64,000 nucleotides of DNA from contig JAHLWZ010000818.1 in the NCBI GenBank assembly GCA_020536535.1, forward strand, positions 49,666 through 113,665, given 5' to 3'. The number at the start of each line of letters is the position of its first letter. Position 1 is the stretch's first letter. Shown one piece after another: positions 1 through 12,679 of the stretch. The notes beneath the pieces were generated by a model. That model was not told the DNA's origin. It was given only the letters and a program-made list of their open reading frames with translations, and did no database searches. Made by a program: the position numbers and the translations under genes. This DNA comes from Pelomyxa schiedti. Lineage: Eukaryota > Protista > Evosea.

Positions 1-2341
1 AAATACGGACAAAGAGGGGGCTGGCAATGCACCGTGGCTTTCGTATGTTACATTTTATCAGTCCAACTTGTTTACTCAGTTTGCTCAAAAGTTCTGACAC
101 ATTCGGAGTATTCTGAGCACCTTTTTGGTGCAAAAGAAGAACCTTTTTTTGCTTGGGTTCCTGAACTTCCAGTGAAATGGTCCTTCAGCACTGGTAAACC
201 TGGAAGCTCCAGGCCCGACCTGTATGGCATCCTAGCTGAGAATTTCCAAACTTTGAAAAAAGTAGCAAAAAAGGCCCATGTGCCCATTTGCTATGAGCTG
301 CGTGATATCCACGCAGAGATGAATTCGATCCCAAATCGCAAACCTGACTTCGCATTTTTTCTGTCTGGACAACCCTCCTTTGGGTTCTATTCTGTGTAAG
401 TGCTGCTCTTTCGTATCCCCCTTCCATTCTTTTTGGTTTGCACTGACCAAGCCCCAAACAGGTTTTTTCTGGAAATTGCTGCACAAAAGGGGGGAGATTT
501 CCCATCCAGCAAGTATAAAGGGAGGGCCTTGGATTATGCGATAAAGTTCTTGGATTCCATGCCTATGAGGATGTGTGTGCACGTGGCAGTGACCAACTTG
601 CAGGAAATTTGGTGTCTGAGGGTGACACGCCGCGGTGCCACTAACAGTAGAAGAGGTGACCTGCATTTCTGCATAATACAGGAAGATTATGACCTTGCAG
701 TTTCCGGGGCAAATTCGTGCGGATCTGTCAAGTCTGTGCTGCTCAAGGTTCTAAACATGTCTGAGAAGGAACTTACTGGGTGTTACCGCGGTGATTATTC
801 CTTCAAGGTTAGCAGTTTTGGTTGTAGATCTCTGTTGCTGCTGGCTACGCTAGCTTTTCATTTTTTCCCTACCTGTCTTCTAACTAATACTGTCCGACAT
901 AACTAAAATCAAAACCAAAAAAGAGAAGCAATAAACATCATCATCCATGGAATAGTTGGGGAGGGACCCACCTCCGTAGCTTTTTTGTGTGCTCTTGGTC
1001 CCTGCAATGTAGCTGCAGGTAGCCCAACCCACATTTTGAAGGTACCAAAGAGAGAACATGTGGAGGACAGTGTGGCAGTACTTCAGCATGAATGTGACAT
1101 CTTACAAGCTATTGCAACAAAAATCAGAGGAAACCCATCCAAATATATTCCCGCAACAGAAGGGCTCACTGACCAGCGTGATGCTTTGATTCTGGAGCCT
1201 ATTGGGAAGTCACTTGATGATAGACAATTTCCAAAACACGTGACTACTATCTTTTTTTTTTGTTTGTTCTAACCTGATGTGCTCAAACAACAAACACATG
1301 AAGGGCTTCCTTGCATATTTCTGTGGACTTGTTGAAGCTCTGCAGCACGTGCACCTGGAGGCAGGCATCGTGCACAGGGATGTGTGCCCAGATAACATCG
1401 TTTTCTGGGAAGGCTCAAAGGAGAGGCCTCAGTCACTTGTTCTCATAGATTGGGGTTTTGCTCAGAGGCTCCCATGCAATCAACCTTTCAGTGGAACAGT
1501 GCCCTGGGCTTCAGATGAAGTTTTGAAGCAGCTTCTGCAGAACCAGTCCAATGGTGATGAAATGGCGCCAGTGAAGTACACACCTGCTGATGACCTTGTC
1601 TCTCTCGTAAGAACCCTTCTTACAGTTTTGGATGACAACAGCTGCACTCAACAAAAAGTTTCTAAGTACTTGCAATGCCTCCCTTGTCGTGACCTTGGAA
1701 TGGTGTGTTATTTTTGGGAGCGCGTGCTTAAGGTTTCATCCTCTCCTTTTCCTCCATCTGGTGGCTGCTTTCAACACTGTTTTACCGTCAGCAATTTACC
1801 TCCTCAGCCACCAGACTTGACATCCTCCCCTTCCGAAGACAACAAAGCCTCCTCAACCAACCTCCCAGACAGAGTGTACCACCAGTGGTACCCAGCTGCA
1901 CTGCAATTTGCCCGGTCATGCCAGTACAATGAACTGCGCCAGCTTATTGCAAGCATTTCCAACTCCTTTGTCGCCACCTATGCACCACCGCTATCAACAA
2001 CAACAACAACAACAACAACAACAGACACGGCCGCAGCCGCAGCAGCAACAGCGTCGGCGTCGTTGGAATCCTCCGACACAACTGCACCACCGCCGGAACC
2101 TCCATCCACGCCACCGACGAGGACGATGACGAGGCACAGCAACCTCCCAGCCCCGCCCGCACCCTCGTCCACAAGAGTGCTTGCTCACACCCGGCCAACT
2201 CGTTCGCGTTTGTCCACCACACTCACGTCGTCGGCACTGCCCGTGCGTGGGGGCTTCTCCAGAACACCAACCAGAGTGCGCCGTGTTGCATTCTTCTCCA
2301 GACCGCTAAATTTGGAGCAACAGCAGAACCATTGTACCTGA
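1..2341 (+). CDS. Crinkler/FunK1-type protein kinase with N-terminal restriction-endonuclease-like region (5' partial, spliced)
   Basis: Kinase motifs GEGPTSVAF (Gly loop), ILKV, HRDVCPDN, LIDWGFA, GTVPWAS and DDLVSL. Upstream KPDFAF...FLEI...KGRALDY...R...VAVTN resembles the REase-like domain preceding these kinases. Low-complexity S/T/P tail. Confidence 0.75.
1997..2023 (+). repeat. (ACA)9 microsatellite encoding poly-Thr
   Basis: Directly visible in the kinase tail. Confidence 0.9.
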
Positions 2342-2430
2342 GGTACAAAAAACAACCAAGAAACATACAATAGACTTTCTTTTTTGCCCCTTTGGGTGTG
2401 GTGAGACGGAGGGAAGAGGGATCCTTGGTG

Positions 2431-4564
2431 TTACTCTGGATTCAAAGAGTGTGTGCGGAGTAAGGGATTGAAGCAAATGCCTTCTGGTGTGCAGGATAGT
2501 GCTACAGGCACCTCCCACAGAGACATAGGGACTGTGGCGTGTGACTGGCACCACGGGTCAATGCACTGGCTCAGCTTGGGCTTGTTGCTGTTGTTGGGGT
2601 TCGATTGGTTGTCTGTGGGTGATGACTCTGACTCGAGAAGTGCGTGTAGCATGGTTGTTGATTTGGGTGGGTGCCATACTTTGTCCCCTTTGTGAGGGGA
2701 TGTTGTTGACGGTGGCAAGTCAAAACTGAACGGGTGACCTTCGGTGGAGAAAACCCACCCCTTGTGTATCCAGTTGGTGTCGTCGAAAATAAGATAGAGG
2801 TATTTCAGTGTCTCGGCAAGGAAAAAGCTGTCCATGCGATCCAGCAATTTCCGCGATCTCACGTCATCTATCTTTATGTGATCAATACAAGACAAAAATG
2901 TTACAGTAGGTACCCCACAAAACCCACAAGGTTTGTGTGTATAATGATCCAAAGATTCAACCATGGTTCTGGCCATTGAGCGCCACTGCATGTTATTTGG
3001 TTGCACTCGAGATATATAATATAAACTTTCCGCCAGCTCGGGGCGGAGAGGATATGCCGGTCTCAGAGGTGAAGGTCTCTGTGAGGGGATATCTATAGCA
3101 GATGTTGGAATTCCAATTGTTGGTTGGGGAAAAAAAAAAGAGGTAGATACCCCAGTAATCCGGTATCATCCCATACCGCAACCACACGTAGTAAAATGCT
3201 GCAGCGGTGCCTACAGCGTCAGAAAAGTCCCCATGAAGTGCTTGCATCCCAGGCCAAAATGCCATCAAGGAATCAAATATTGTGCTTGTTAACTGACCAC
3301 TATTCATATCTTTCGGGAGAGTTAAACGAAACACCAGTAAATAACTGCTCAAGGTTGAAAGTGTTCCATGAGAACAATTTTTGGATACTGACATTAATGT
3401 ACCACAAACCAATACGGAGGTGTCTCTGTGCGGATTTATAGGACTCCTCAAACATGGTTTGGTATTCTGCGTCATTGAATAACATTGAAGCCTTCAATAA
3501 GTACTCATAGAAAGAATCTGTTGCTGAGCCCACACTCGCATCATGGGCAGTCCACTTTCCATTTGTTGTATCGATGTGGTTTCCCAAAAGACCAAGCATT
3601 GACCTGTAAGACCAAAGTGCATGCACAGCTCTTCGAGCCACCTTCTCAAATCTTGTATCGCCAGTAAGAAGTGTCAATAGCCCAAATTCAAGTGTGAAGG
3701 AAGACCCACAAGCTGTACAGGTGATGGGAGTTTCATTTGGAGGGACACCATGCCGGAGGTTGACAGTTCCATAAGGAATTCCAGTGACAGTATCAAATGC
3801 AGGTAATAAACGCTGCCCAAGATCATGTGCGACATGCAATAATTTGTCAAGTTGTTCCTTTGTCAACAGGTCAAACTTACTTCCGAGTAAATAGGTACTG
3901 TAAACAGTCAGGACACGATGAGAAAAGGAAGGAGGATAAACAATCATGTGATGAGGATGGCAGTGAGGTTAGTGATGGTGTAGGTGCACACGTGAGTCAA
4001 ATGACCTGAGGAGCCCGCCAAGCACACGTATGTTTGTCTCGAAAACGGAAACGTTCATATCCCTGTCAAACTCCAAAGTTTCCAGCAAGGAGCTGGCTGC
4101 CCTGGTAAACTCTTGTGGAAAACCGAGTACCACAAGGCTATCCAAGGAATCAATTAAAGTCAGGGAGCAGTTCCCCCAAGAGGTCAATCCTCCACAACTT
4201 GAAAATAGTGAGGTGGCATTCCTCACAAGAAGTGGAAACAACCAAATAACAATAAGAAAGGGGGGAAATAAAAACAACCTTACAACCTTACAGATTTTAG
4301 TTCGTCTTTAGGATACGCATAGGTCATGTAGGAAGTGTAGGCATGAACAAACATGGATCTGACCTTTTCTCGCAACGCCAGCACTTCCTCGTCTGACATC
4401 AAAAAAACACCACCGGGTACAGGCGGCTGAGCACAAGAGTACCATTTTCCAGAGTCGGTTGCGTGCGGATCGTACGACCCACGAGAACCAAGAGGGGGTC
4501 TTTCCCACGTCACATGAGGGTGCAACGTGCATATCAGAAGGAAAATGATGGCTCGTTGTCGCAT
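2431..4564 (-). CDS. EDEM: ER degradation-enhancing alpha-mannosidase-like protein (GH47, EDEM family)
   Basis: Signal/anchor N-terminus; [93 protein letters not shown]. Confidence 0.93.
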
Positions 4565-4857
4565 ATTCGGAGCCGTGTTCCGCGCCGTCGTTGACTTGCA
4601 GTCACGTGAGATCTTACGCCAAGTGGCACTCCTTTTCCTCTCCGAAACAAGATAAAAAAAAAACCGAATAGAAGCCGGATAGAAACGGGTTTAGAAAATC
4701 GGCAGTTGCACTCGGTTCTAATTGCGCCTCACGTCAGGCCAATATTGTTTTTCGTCTTTTACGAATTGTTTTTTTTTCTTTTTTTTGCATTTCGCCATCA
4801 TCCACACCGTTGGTGCTCACCGGCCACCCCTTTTTCGTGTTTCTTTTGTGAGTAGAG
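4565..4857. promoter_or_regulatory. Short bidirectional promoter between EDEM and RPL32
   Basis: Two divergent ATGs 293 nt apart; contains palindrome TCACGTGA (~4602) and TCACGTCA (~4728). Function is inferred. Confidence 0.5.
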
Positions 4858-5654
4858 ATGGTTGTTGCCAAAAGCAAGATCAAGATCGTTAAGAAGAAGC
4901 GCTCGCGGTTCAACAGGTTCGCGTCCGAGAAATGGGTCCGCTTACACGTACGTATCACCAATTTTTTATTGTGTGTGTCGCTTTTTTGCCACACCCTTTC
5001 GTTTTAAAAAAAAAAAACGCACTCTCGTTCCATCGCGTTTTTTTTTTTTTTTTTTTTTTTGCCCAGTGCAGTGTTAAAGAAGTTTTTCTTTGCCAAACTC
5101 CACCTCGGTAATTTAATGCACACAAACAAATACAGCCCAACTGGCGAAAGCCGAGGGGTATCGATAACCGCATGAGACGCAAGTTTGGCGGCACAGCAGC
5201 CATGCCAGGCATCGGATTCGGGTCAGACAGACGAACCCGGTTCCGCCGCCCCGACCACTTCTACACATTCCACGTCAACAACCCAAAAGACATCGACCTC
5301 CTGTTGATGCACACCGGCACCTACGCCGCTGAAATCGCCAGCACTATCGGTGCCAAGAAGCGCAAAGCAATCCTCAAACGCGCAGCCAAGATGGGAGTGA
5401 AGGTCGAGAATGCCAAAGCACGCGTCCGCGCAGTGGTGTGTATTATTTTCCCACACATACTACATACATGTTTCTATATAGTATTATTATCAGTTCCTCC
5501 CTCTTTGAGTTTTTGGCCTTGCTCTCCGCAAACACATTTTTCACACACTACGCACCCGCACCGTTTCCTTTTTCTCTCTGTTATTAACAATCAATCCTCC
5601 ATTACAATGCCGTTTCTGCAAGTTCTTACCTTGTTTCTATAGGAAAAGGAGTAA
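4858..5654 (+). CDS. RPL32: 60S ribosomal protein L32 (eL32), 3 exons
   Basis: MVVAKSKIKIVKKKRSRFNRFASEKWVRLH | PNWRKPRGIDNRMRRKFGG...MPGIGFGSD...YAAEIASTIGAKKRKAILKRA. GT-AG introns 4948-5135 and 5436-5642; last exon encodes EKE*. Confidence 0.96.
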
Positions 5655-5813
5655 AACTATATTTTTCTTCCTGTTCATTGTCTTTTTTAATTGTTATGCT
5701 GGAACATGTCCTTTTTCCCGTTTTTGTAGTTGTTTCTTTCCATTCTTTCGGGTGGAGAAGGTTTGCCTTGAAGCTGTCCCTTTGCTTAGAAGTCGGAACT
5801 GAGTTCCTCTTCA

Positions 5814-8800
5814 TTAATTACAGACTTCCCGCCTGGGTAGAATGTTAGTTTTAGTGGTGCGCAACCAAAAATGTGATGAGGGAAGCATACAAGGGGGTGA
5901 TGTTGCTGTGCTGAGTGTGGGTAGGGAATATGTTGAAGTTGTTGCTGCCATTGAGCCTTCTACAAAGCAAGAAAGCTGCGACCCCGGGCAGGCGTGGCCC
6001 AGGTGGGGCTCTTCACTTCTGCCCTCATAGTCTCCATCAACACTGCCGGCACTGGCTCCAACACTTATATTTACACCAAGGCCTGTTGCACTGATGCTTG
6101 AGGCTGAGCCTAAGGCTGCTACAGCACTGGGTGTTGGAGGGGACGATCCTTTGTTGAAAATGGGTACAGTAACCGCACTGATGGGCGGTGTGGTAGTAGC
6201 AGGAACCACGACGAGAGTGGTTGTTGTTGTGGTTGTTGTTGCTGTAGGAGCGGGAGGTGTCACTTGGGGAGAAGTTGAGGCTACTTGTTTGTGCACATTT
6301 TTTGGATGCACTGTTTGGTGTTCTTGATCTGCGTTTTCTCGGCTGTCATCTTTTTTGCTCTCAATATGTGCACTGTCAACTTCACCTCTGTCTGCAGCGG
6401 AAGGGTGGATTTTTGAAATGATCACAAATTTGTTGTCATTTGAGGCCAAGGCGGATTCTTCTTGATTGTATGCATGCTGTCGAGTAGTAGAAGAGGTTGT
6501 TGTGACGGGGATCCCGTGTTTGTTGTGTCGATGGTGGTGATGGTGGTGGTGGGTGTCCATGTCATCTGTCTCATAAAAGGAACTTGATACAGATGGCAGC
6601 CTTAGATTTCCCGTTTCAGGTGTGGGGTATGCAGGGAGGGTGGGTGCACGTGGATAAAGACGCATCGCTGTTGTTGGTGGAAGAAAAACTGGAGAGCGGC
6701 CTCGGTGTGTTGTATCCATTATGCGAGAAAGATGAGTGCAGAGAAGACGGAGTTCCCAATCATATTCGTTGTAGCGAACCTGAATGTAATTAATCATGTC
6801 AATCAGGCATAGGCATACATCGTATTTTAGTAAAATAGACTTCTTTTTCTTCTTCAGGGGCTTCTTTTTCCCCGAAAACCCTTCTGGCAAGTATTGCTCA
6901 AAGAATTCGAACTGGGCAATTTTATTGGAGAAATCCCGTGAAAACCACTGAACTTGTCTGGGTAAATAGACCTACGAGAGTTTATTGATTTGGAAGTCAA
7001 TTCCCTCATACCTGCTTTAGATTGCTGATGAAGTGTATGTTTTGGGCCGAGTAACTGCGCATTGCTTGGTTTAATTGCTCCTAAGGAAAAGGTCAAGCTG
7101 CATTTAAAGAGTGGTAAATTACATTAAGACTGGCACTGTGGAAAATACAAACTCCTGGGCTGCTCTACTGCATGTTAGGGTCATCTGACTTAGTGGGATT
7201 ATGAAATACCACTGTGCACATGGTGATTGCAAAAGGAATTCGTGGATCTCGGGTTTCAACTGTGAAACGGCTTCTTGGATCGGACTCTTCAAACTTAGAT
7301 GGGTTCAATGCAATTCCTAATGATGTGAGAACAAGCTAGATATTATTTAATTGACCATTTTCAGGAAGAGGCATATCACTTCTCAACAGGGAATATTCCA
7401 CATCCCAGTGAGAGAAGGTGTGACCCCCAATAGTATATAGAAATTGTTGCATAAGCGATGCCTATCAGTTTGTGAATCACTACTGTATACATTCACTTGG
7501 AGATCACCTTCTCACGTAACTTAACGCTTATAGGCTCACTCGTGGGTAAAAGAGTGGTGACAGCAACACTATGCAGTGCCATGATATTGTAAATATTGAG
7601 CCAGAACGCAAGCTTCTGTTCTAAAGTTACAAGTCGTTCTAGTTGTACCTTGATATCGAAAGTTAGTAAATAAGGTTTTTGAGGTTCTAGTAACTGATTG
7701 GAGTTCACTTAAAGCAACAAGGAACTGGGAAAAATCTGAATGGTAGGATACAGCCACAATATTCTCATCCAAACAGATTCCCCAGTAACCACAGCGAAGG
7801 TAGATTTTCAGAATACTTTCCAGCAGATATATCGAAACTGATATTGAATGAACAATTGTTGATGAAGGGTTAAGTACGTTTCTCAGGGTCCCGAGCAACA
7901 CCATAAAATCTTGGGTCTTTAACCAGAATCAAAAAGTAAATACTACTCTGAAGTCTAGAAGCTTACCTGAATTGACTATCCCGGAGCAAGGAAATTTTGA
8001 ACCGACTCTGTTAAATTGGTTATTTTGAGTTATTTGGACAGTTGATATACACAGTCAAAGCTCGATCCAAAACATCAGAAGGGAAAAATTGGGAGTGAAT
8101 GGCATTGGCGGCAGCAATTCTTGTCAATTCTTGGGCCACTGTGGAGTTGTGCCAATGTCTACTATCACCTTCCATCCCATCAAACAAGGGAGGGAGAACA
8201 ATCGGCTGATCCATTACAGATGAAGTGGCACTACTCCCGCTGGCTCCAGCGCTGCCATAGGTGCCAGCAGCAGATGATGAAGCCAAAGCCGATGATGTGT
8301 GTTGTTGCTCATGCTGACTGTGAGATACAACTGTGGGAACAGAAGGCGTTGCTATGGGAGGGTGGTGTGGGAGAGGCTGGGCATGACTATGCATGTAAGG
8401 AGTGGGTGTCACTGTGTCTGCAAGTAGATCCACCCGGAATGTCGGTGCGAGCTGAAATAAAAATAAGAAACTTAAGAAAAATAGGCACTACTAACCCTAT
8501 TGTCTTGGGAACTTTTATCAAGACCAGACTTAAAAACTGACAGTTTTCCATCTCGTATGAATGATGTATTGAACCTATGTTCTGTGAGTTAGGAAAAAAC
8601 TTACTGAGAGAGACCAGAAATTAAAGAGCACTTCCTTTAAAATGAAATGAGAAAGGGTGGAGAATTGGTAGTACAAACATTGGAAGACGGCGAGGCAGTG
8701 ATAATTTCAATATTGATATCTCCACACAATGGCACATTTGGTATATTCAACTCATGGAAGTCACTGCCCCAACTGCTAGCTTCTGATTCTTTGCAGTAAT

Positions 8801-10280
8801 TTTGAAAGGATAATAGCAAGGAGAACTGAGAGGAAATGAGAAAAAATTTTTTTGAAGGTGGTTACAATGTTGGCATTCTCGTATGGATTGTCACTCATGA
8901 GTTGAAGGATTTTATCAAAAAATGTGTGCTGTACTACAGATGCATCCAGGTCCTCCTCAGGATTGTCAGAAAATTTCTTGGGCTTCTCTCTCCCTTTATC
9001 CAACTTCTTATTTGCTGTGCTGTTACTGGCCCCAGCACTGCCACCAGCACTTCCAACAGTAGTTGTTACTGCTCCTCCACTGCCGGTTGCTGTTGTGCTA
9101 CTACCACCACTCACAATGGTAGATGTTGTTGTCGGGGGTGTAGCGCTGCTTGCACTAGCAGTTTCGGGTGACCTTTTATCTTTGTGCCACTTGCCCTTCT
9201 TTCCATTTGTTTTGTGATTGCCCTCTTCTCTTACTCTGAATGAGTAGACAAGAGATTTCCAGGAAAAAACTCTGCAGCCAATTTCTTTCAAGAATGAGAT
9301 GATCTCTCAGGGCACTCACATACCAGTATTTTTTGGAAGTTTTGGCCTTGGACTTAGTACTATTTTCTTTAGCATTACCATTGCTCTATTCATGGAAAAG
9401 CCAGATTTCACGTACTGGGAAAAGTACTGTACGTACCGTATCTGACTTGGGATAGATACACACTATTTGATTGTCATACCCCAGCAATTCAAGGGAGCTC
9501 AAACATTACTTGCTTATTTACAGCTCGAGATATTTCAAAAAAAGCCAGGGCCTCTTCTGCTGTCTCCCACTCCCCTGTGAAGAGCAAGTAGGAGCAAATC
9601 ATAACTCCCGTTCGGGCCTTGGTACAAGTGAGAAACAAGTGCGTAACCAAGGTCTGTTAACCTTTCCTTCTTTGCAATGAACAACAATGACGTTTTGGGG
9701 GTCACTTTTCAGCCAGGCGTCCTAAGAAGTATCTAAGCTCACAATTATTTAGGACCTCAGAATTACCACATCAACACAGAAGTGATTTATTAAATCTAGA
9801 GGCGGGACACTATTTTCGTCAAAAGGAAAAATAGCAACTTGAAATTAGTTAGGATATTTGGAAAATAATGATGAAAACCAACCTCTCTCGTGGAATTTAG
9901 CGTGATCGTACGTTCTCTCTGAACACCTACGCGTGCTTTTATTACTTATAATAGTTTCGAACCTAAACTTACAAATTGTATACCTAATAGATAGGAGACA
10001 GTGAGAAAAGTTTGAGAGCTTTTTAATGAAGGCTTACTCTGTAGTGATCCTTGTGAAAAGTCTCAAGAAACCTCAATACTTCCTTGTAGGGATTTCTGTT
10101 TGCGCCCTCTGTGCCCTCACTAGGGTATGCCATTGCTATTATTCTCGTTCCAATATCTTTGTCCCGGAAAAGTAAGGAAACAAACAGACCAGTTAAAAAA
10201 CGGTAGCCCGTTTCAGAGATTCAGCCCACACAGGTCAGATCCAGATCAAATCCATTGTGACAGTATCGTCGTTTGTTCAT
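5814..10280 (-). CDS. PTEN-like phosphatase + C2 + DUF547 fusion protein
   Basis: NKRRYCHNGFDLDLT, IIAMAYPSEG, VYNLCSERTYD, spliced HCKEGKARTG, IPSQIRYVQYF; C2-like LCGDINIEI; DUF547-like EQKLAFWLNIYNIMALH and DPRIPFAI; low-complexity tail. Confidence 0.85.
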
Positions 10281-10416
10281 TGCGCGTCGCCGTTTATTAC
10301 CCCCGTAATTAATAAAAAGTTTAACGTAGATCCACTGTCTAGAAAAACAAAAATTCAAAAATTTCTTTGCGTGCCGCCAGTTTTTGGGAAGTGATTGTTC
10401 ACTGTTTTTTCGTCTT

Positions 10417-12307
10417 TCACATAGTAGAAGAGGTGTTGGTGGTGTGACTGGGAGTGGAATGAGTAGTAGAAATGGTCATAGTTGTGGTCTTGGGTTTGGA
10501 ATTAGAGTCGGAGCTGTTTGTGTTTGTATTTGGAACGGTGCTGGAATTGGAATTGGAATTAGAATGTGAAGTTGTGGGTGTGCCTGTGCCTCTGTTGGCG
10601 TTTTGGTGGTCAATTGGGCTGCATTCTATGAGAAGGTTGGTGGCCGTTTGCTTGATGTGATTGATCATATCGGAGAAGCGTGTCTGGGTGTCTTCGCGTT
10701 CACGTCCTTCTTCGAACTCTGGGACTGGGATGAGGGTTGATTGTTGGTCCAGGAGAATTTTCTTGGGTGTGTTGTCCAGGAAGAGCAGTGGGGTGCTTTG
10801 TTGCACTTGCGCCCCTCTTTTCACCAGGATGCTCCTCAGGAACTGTGTATCCTTGAAGCTGAATGGGGCGTCTGAGGTCCGGAAGCGGTTGGCGGCGCAG
10901 GATTTGGAGTCCAAAACGAAGTCCCATTCGCTCCACTCAAAGTCCGGTAGACAATACTGTTGTAGGCCCGCTTCTATGAAAGAAAGGAATTCGGATGAGC
11001 GGCTTGTCCACCAGCCGATTATTATGCCACCGTGCCATGCGGATTTGAGGTCACGGAAGCATTGGATCAAGTCTTTTGCTTGCCGCCGGATGTACATACA
11101 TCTCTTAAGTGATTCTGACACTATCGCTGGGTTCGTACTTCCTAAAAGAGGGATTGATTGTCTGAGAATGTTTACTATGACCCCGTTGATGTCGACAACA
11201 ATAATCAGTCTTGGACGAGCGGAAAAGTCGGGACTATTTTGGAGAGGCAGGCGTGACCACGCATGCGATGGATCATACCACAGATGTTTTTGGAATTGCT
11301 GAATGACTGCCTGAGGTTTTGTGCACGGGTCTCTGGTGAACATTTGTAGCATTGCCATACGTTTGAGAGCCTTTTGACGTTCCACACCTAAAGTCCGAAA
11401 AGCAAGGGATATTCTTGAACCATATGTTAACACACCTTCCAAAGATGCGAACTTAGTAAGAGTGACATTAAAGTCAAATAACTTTCTCGGAACCAATACT
11501 ATTCGCTGTATCTGCGGCGGAGGGAGGTGCGTCTTATATCTGATAAATTGTGCAGTCCGACCCCAGCTGAGTTCCATGGAAGCCACTTGCGCAAAATCAT
11601 TGAAATAGTCCCATATCTATGTAATCAAATGCCGGGTATTATTGAGGCATGTAACGACGTGAATTCATACCTTGTCCAGGGCAGACTGAAGCTCTCGTTT
11701 AGCAGATGTTCCTTGCGCGGTGTGTTTAAACTGCCCAAGTATTCGTCAGCTTTGTTGAAGAGGTTCTAAACGTTCTAAAGTACCCTTTTTGGGAGGGACA
11801 GGTCATACTGGATGACAGAGTCATCAACATCGATGTCGCAGAGCACCTGGCGTGGCGGGCACCGCCTTTCCGCATCCACTAGAATATTACATTTGGGGAA
11901 AATATCTTGTCCCAGCTTGTATTTGGTTGAGATTTCTCACAGTAAAAAAAAACAGAGAACACACCCTATGTAAGTAAAAGTAGTCCATAGAGTTGTCCTC
12001 CCACCTGACCCAAACACATTTCAGTTCTGGATCCCTTGGTGAGCCACCCATGAAAATTTGAGATGCCTTCCGAATGCTGCTCGACTGGCGGGCAATCATA
12101 GCTGAAATTACCTTTTGGTCCTCCGGGTGTATAACCTCACCAAAAGAGTAATAAGAATGAAGCTTGTTGCTGTTACAGAAAAGAGTGAGCAATGTAGGGG
12201 GAGTGGGAATCAAAATGGAAAATGAAATTTCACATGTAGAGCAATAGGTCCGCAGAAGAGAACGAAAAGTCGGACAAAAGAATGGGCTGGCCGAAAAGGC
12301 AATCCAT
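10417..12307 (-). CDS. DUF3223(DeCL)-like domain + FCP1/NIF-type HAD phosphatase-like protein
   Basis: N-terminal YYSFGEVIHPEDQKVI...CVWVRWEDNSMDYFYLHR resembles DUF3223. C-terminal IIVVDINGVI, IGWWTS, FKDT and LFLDNTPKK match FCP1-type HAD motifs I-IV. Confidence 0.6.
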
Positions 12308-12679
12308 AGTGCACATTCGAACCGGCTAGTTTCAAGTGTTAACTATTTCGTGCCACAAAACAAAAAAAAAAAAGAGAGAGAGAGCCGAACACCAACAAAA
12401 CAAACCACCGTAGCAAATTAAGCTACCACACCACAATAATAAGGTGAGGAGTTGAAGGAGCGAAGAAGGTTGGTAGGTAGGTGACTGGAGCCGCGAGGGA
12501 ACCACGCAACAAACAGTCCCGGGGGAGAAAGAAGTGACGGCAAAGAGAAGCGTCGATGCACATTTGGTTGATTTGAGACAGGCTAGCCACGGGCGCTTTG
12601 CCGGTGCCAAGGAAGAATTTCAAGGAAAGATCACTGTTTGTCAACAAAGCAAACAAAAAATCAGGAAAAGGGAGAAGGG

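Noticed and set aside
397-399. In-frame TAA between two same-frame ORFs, suggesting readthrough or a variant genetic code
   Set aside because: It sits inside a GTAAGT intron donor. TAA, TAG and TGA all terminate well-supported genes in this window.
4948-5642. Possible snoRNAs in the RPL32 introns
   Set aside because: No convincing C/D box pair with terminal stem or H/ACA structure is visible; a snoRNA-specific search would be needed.
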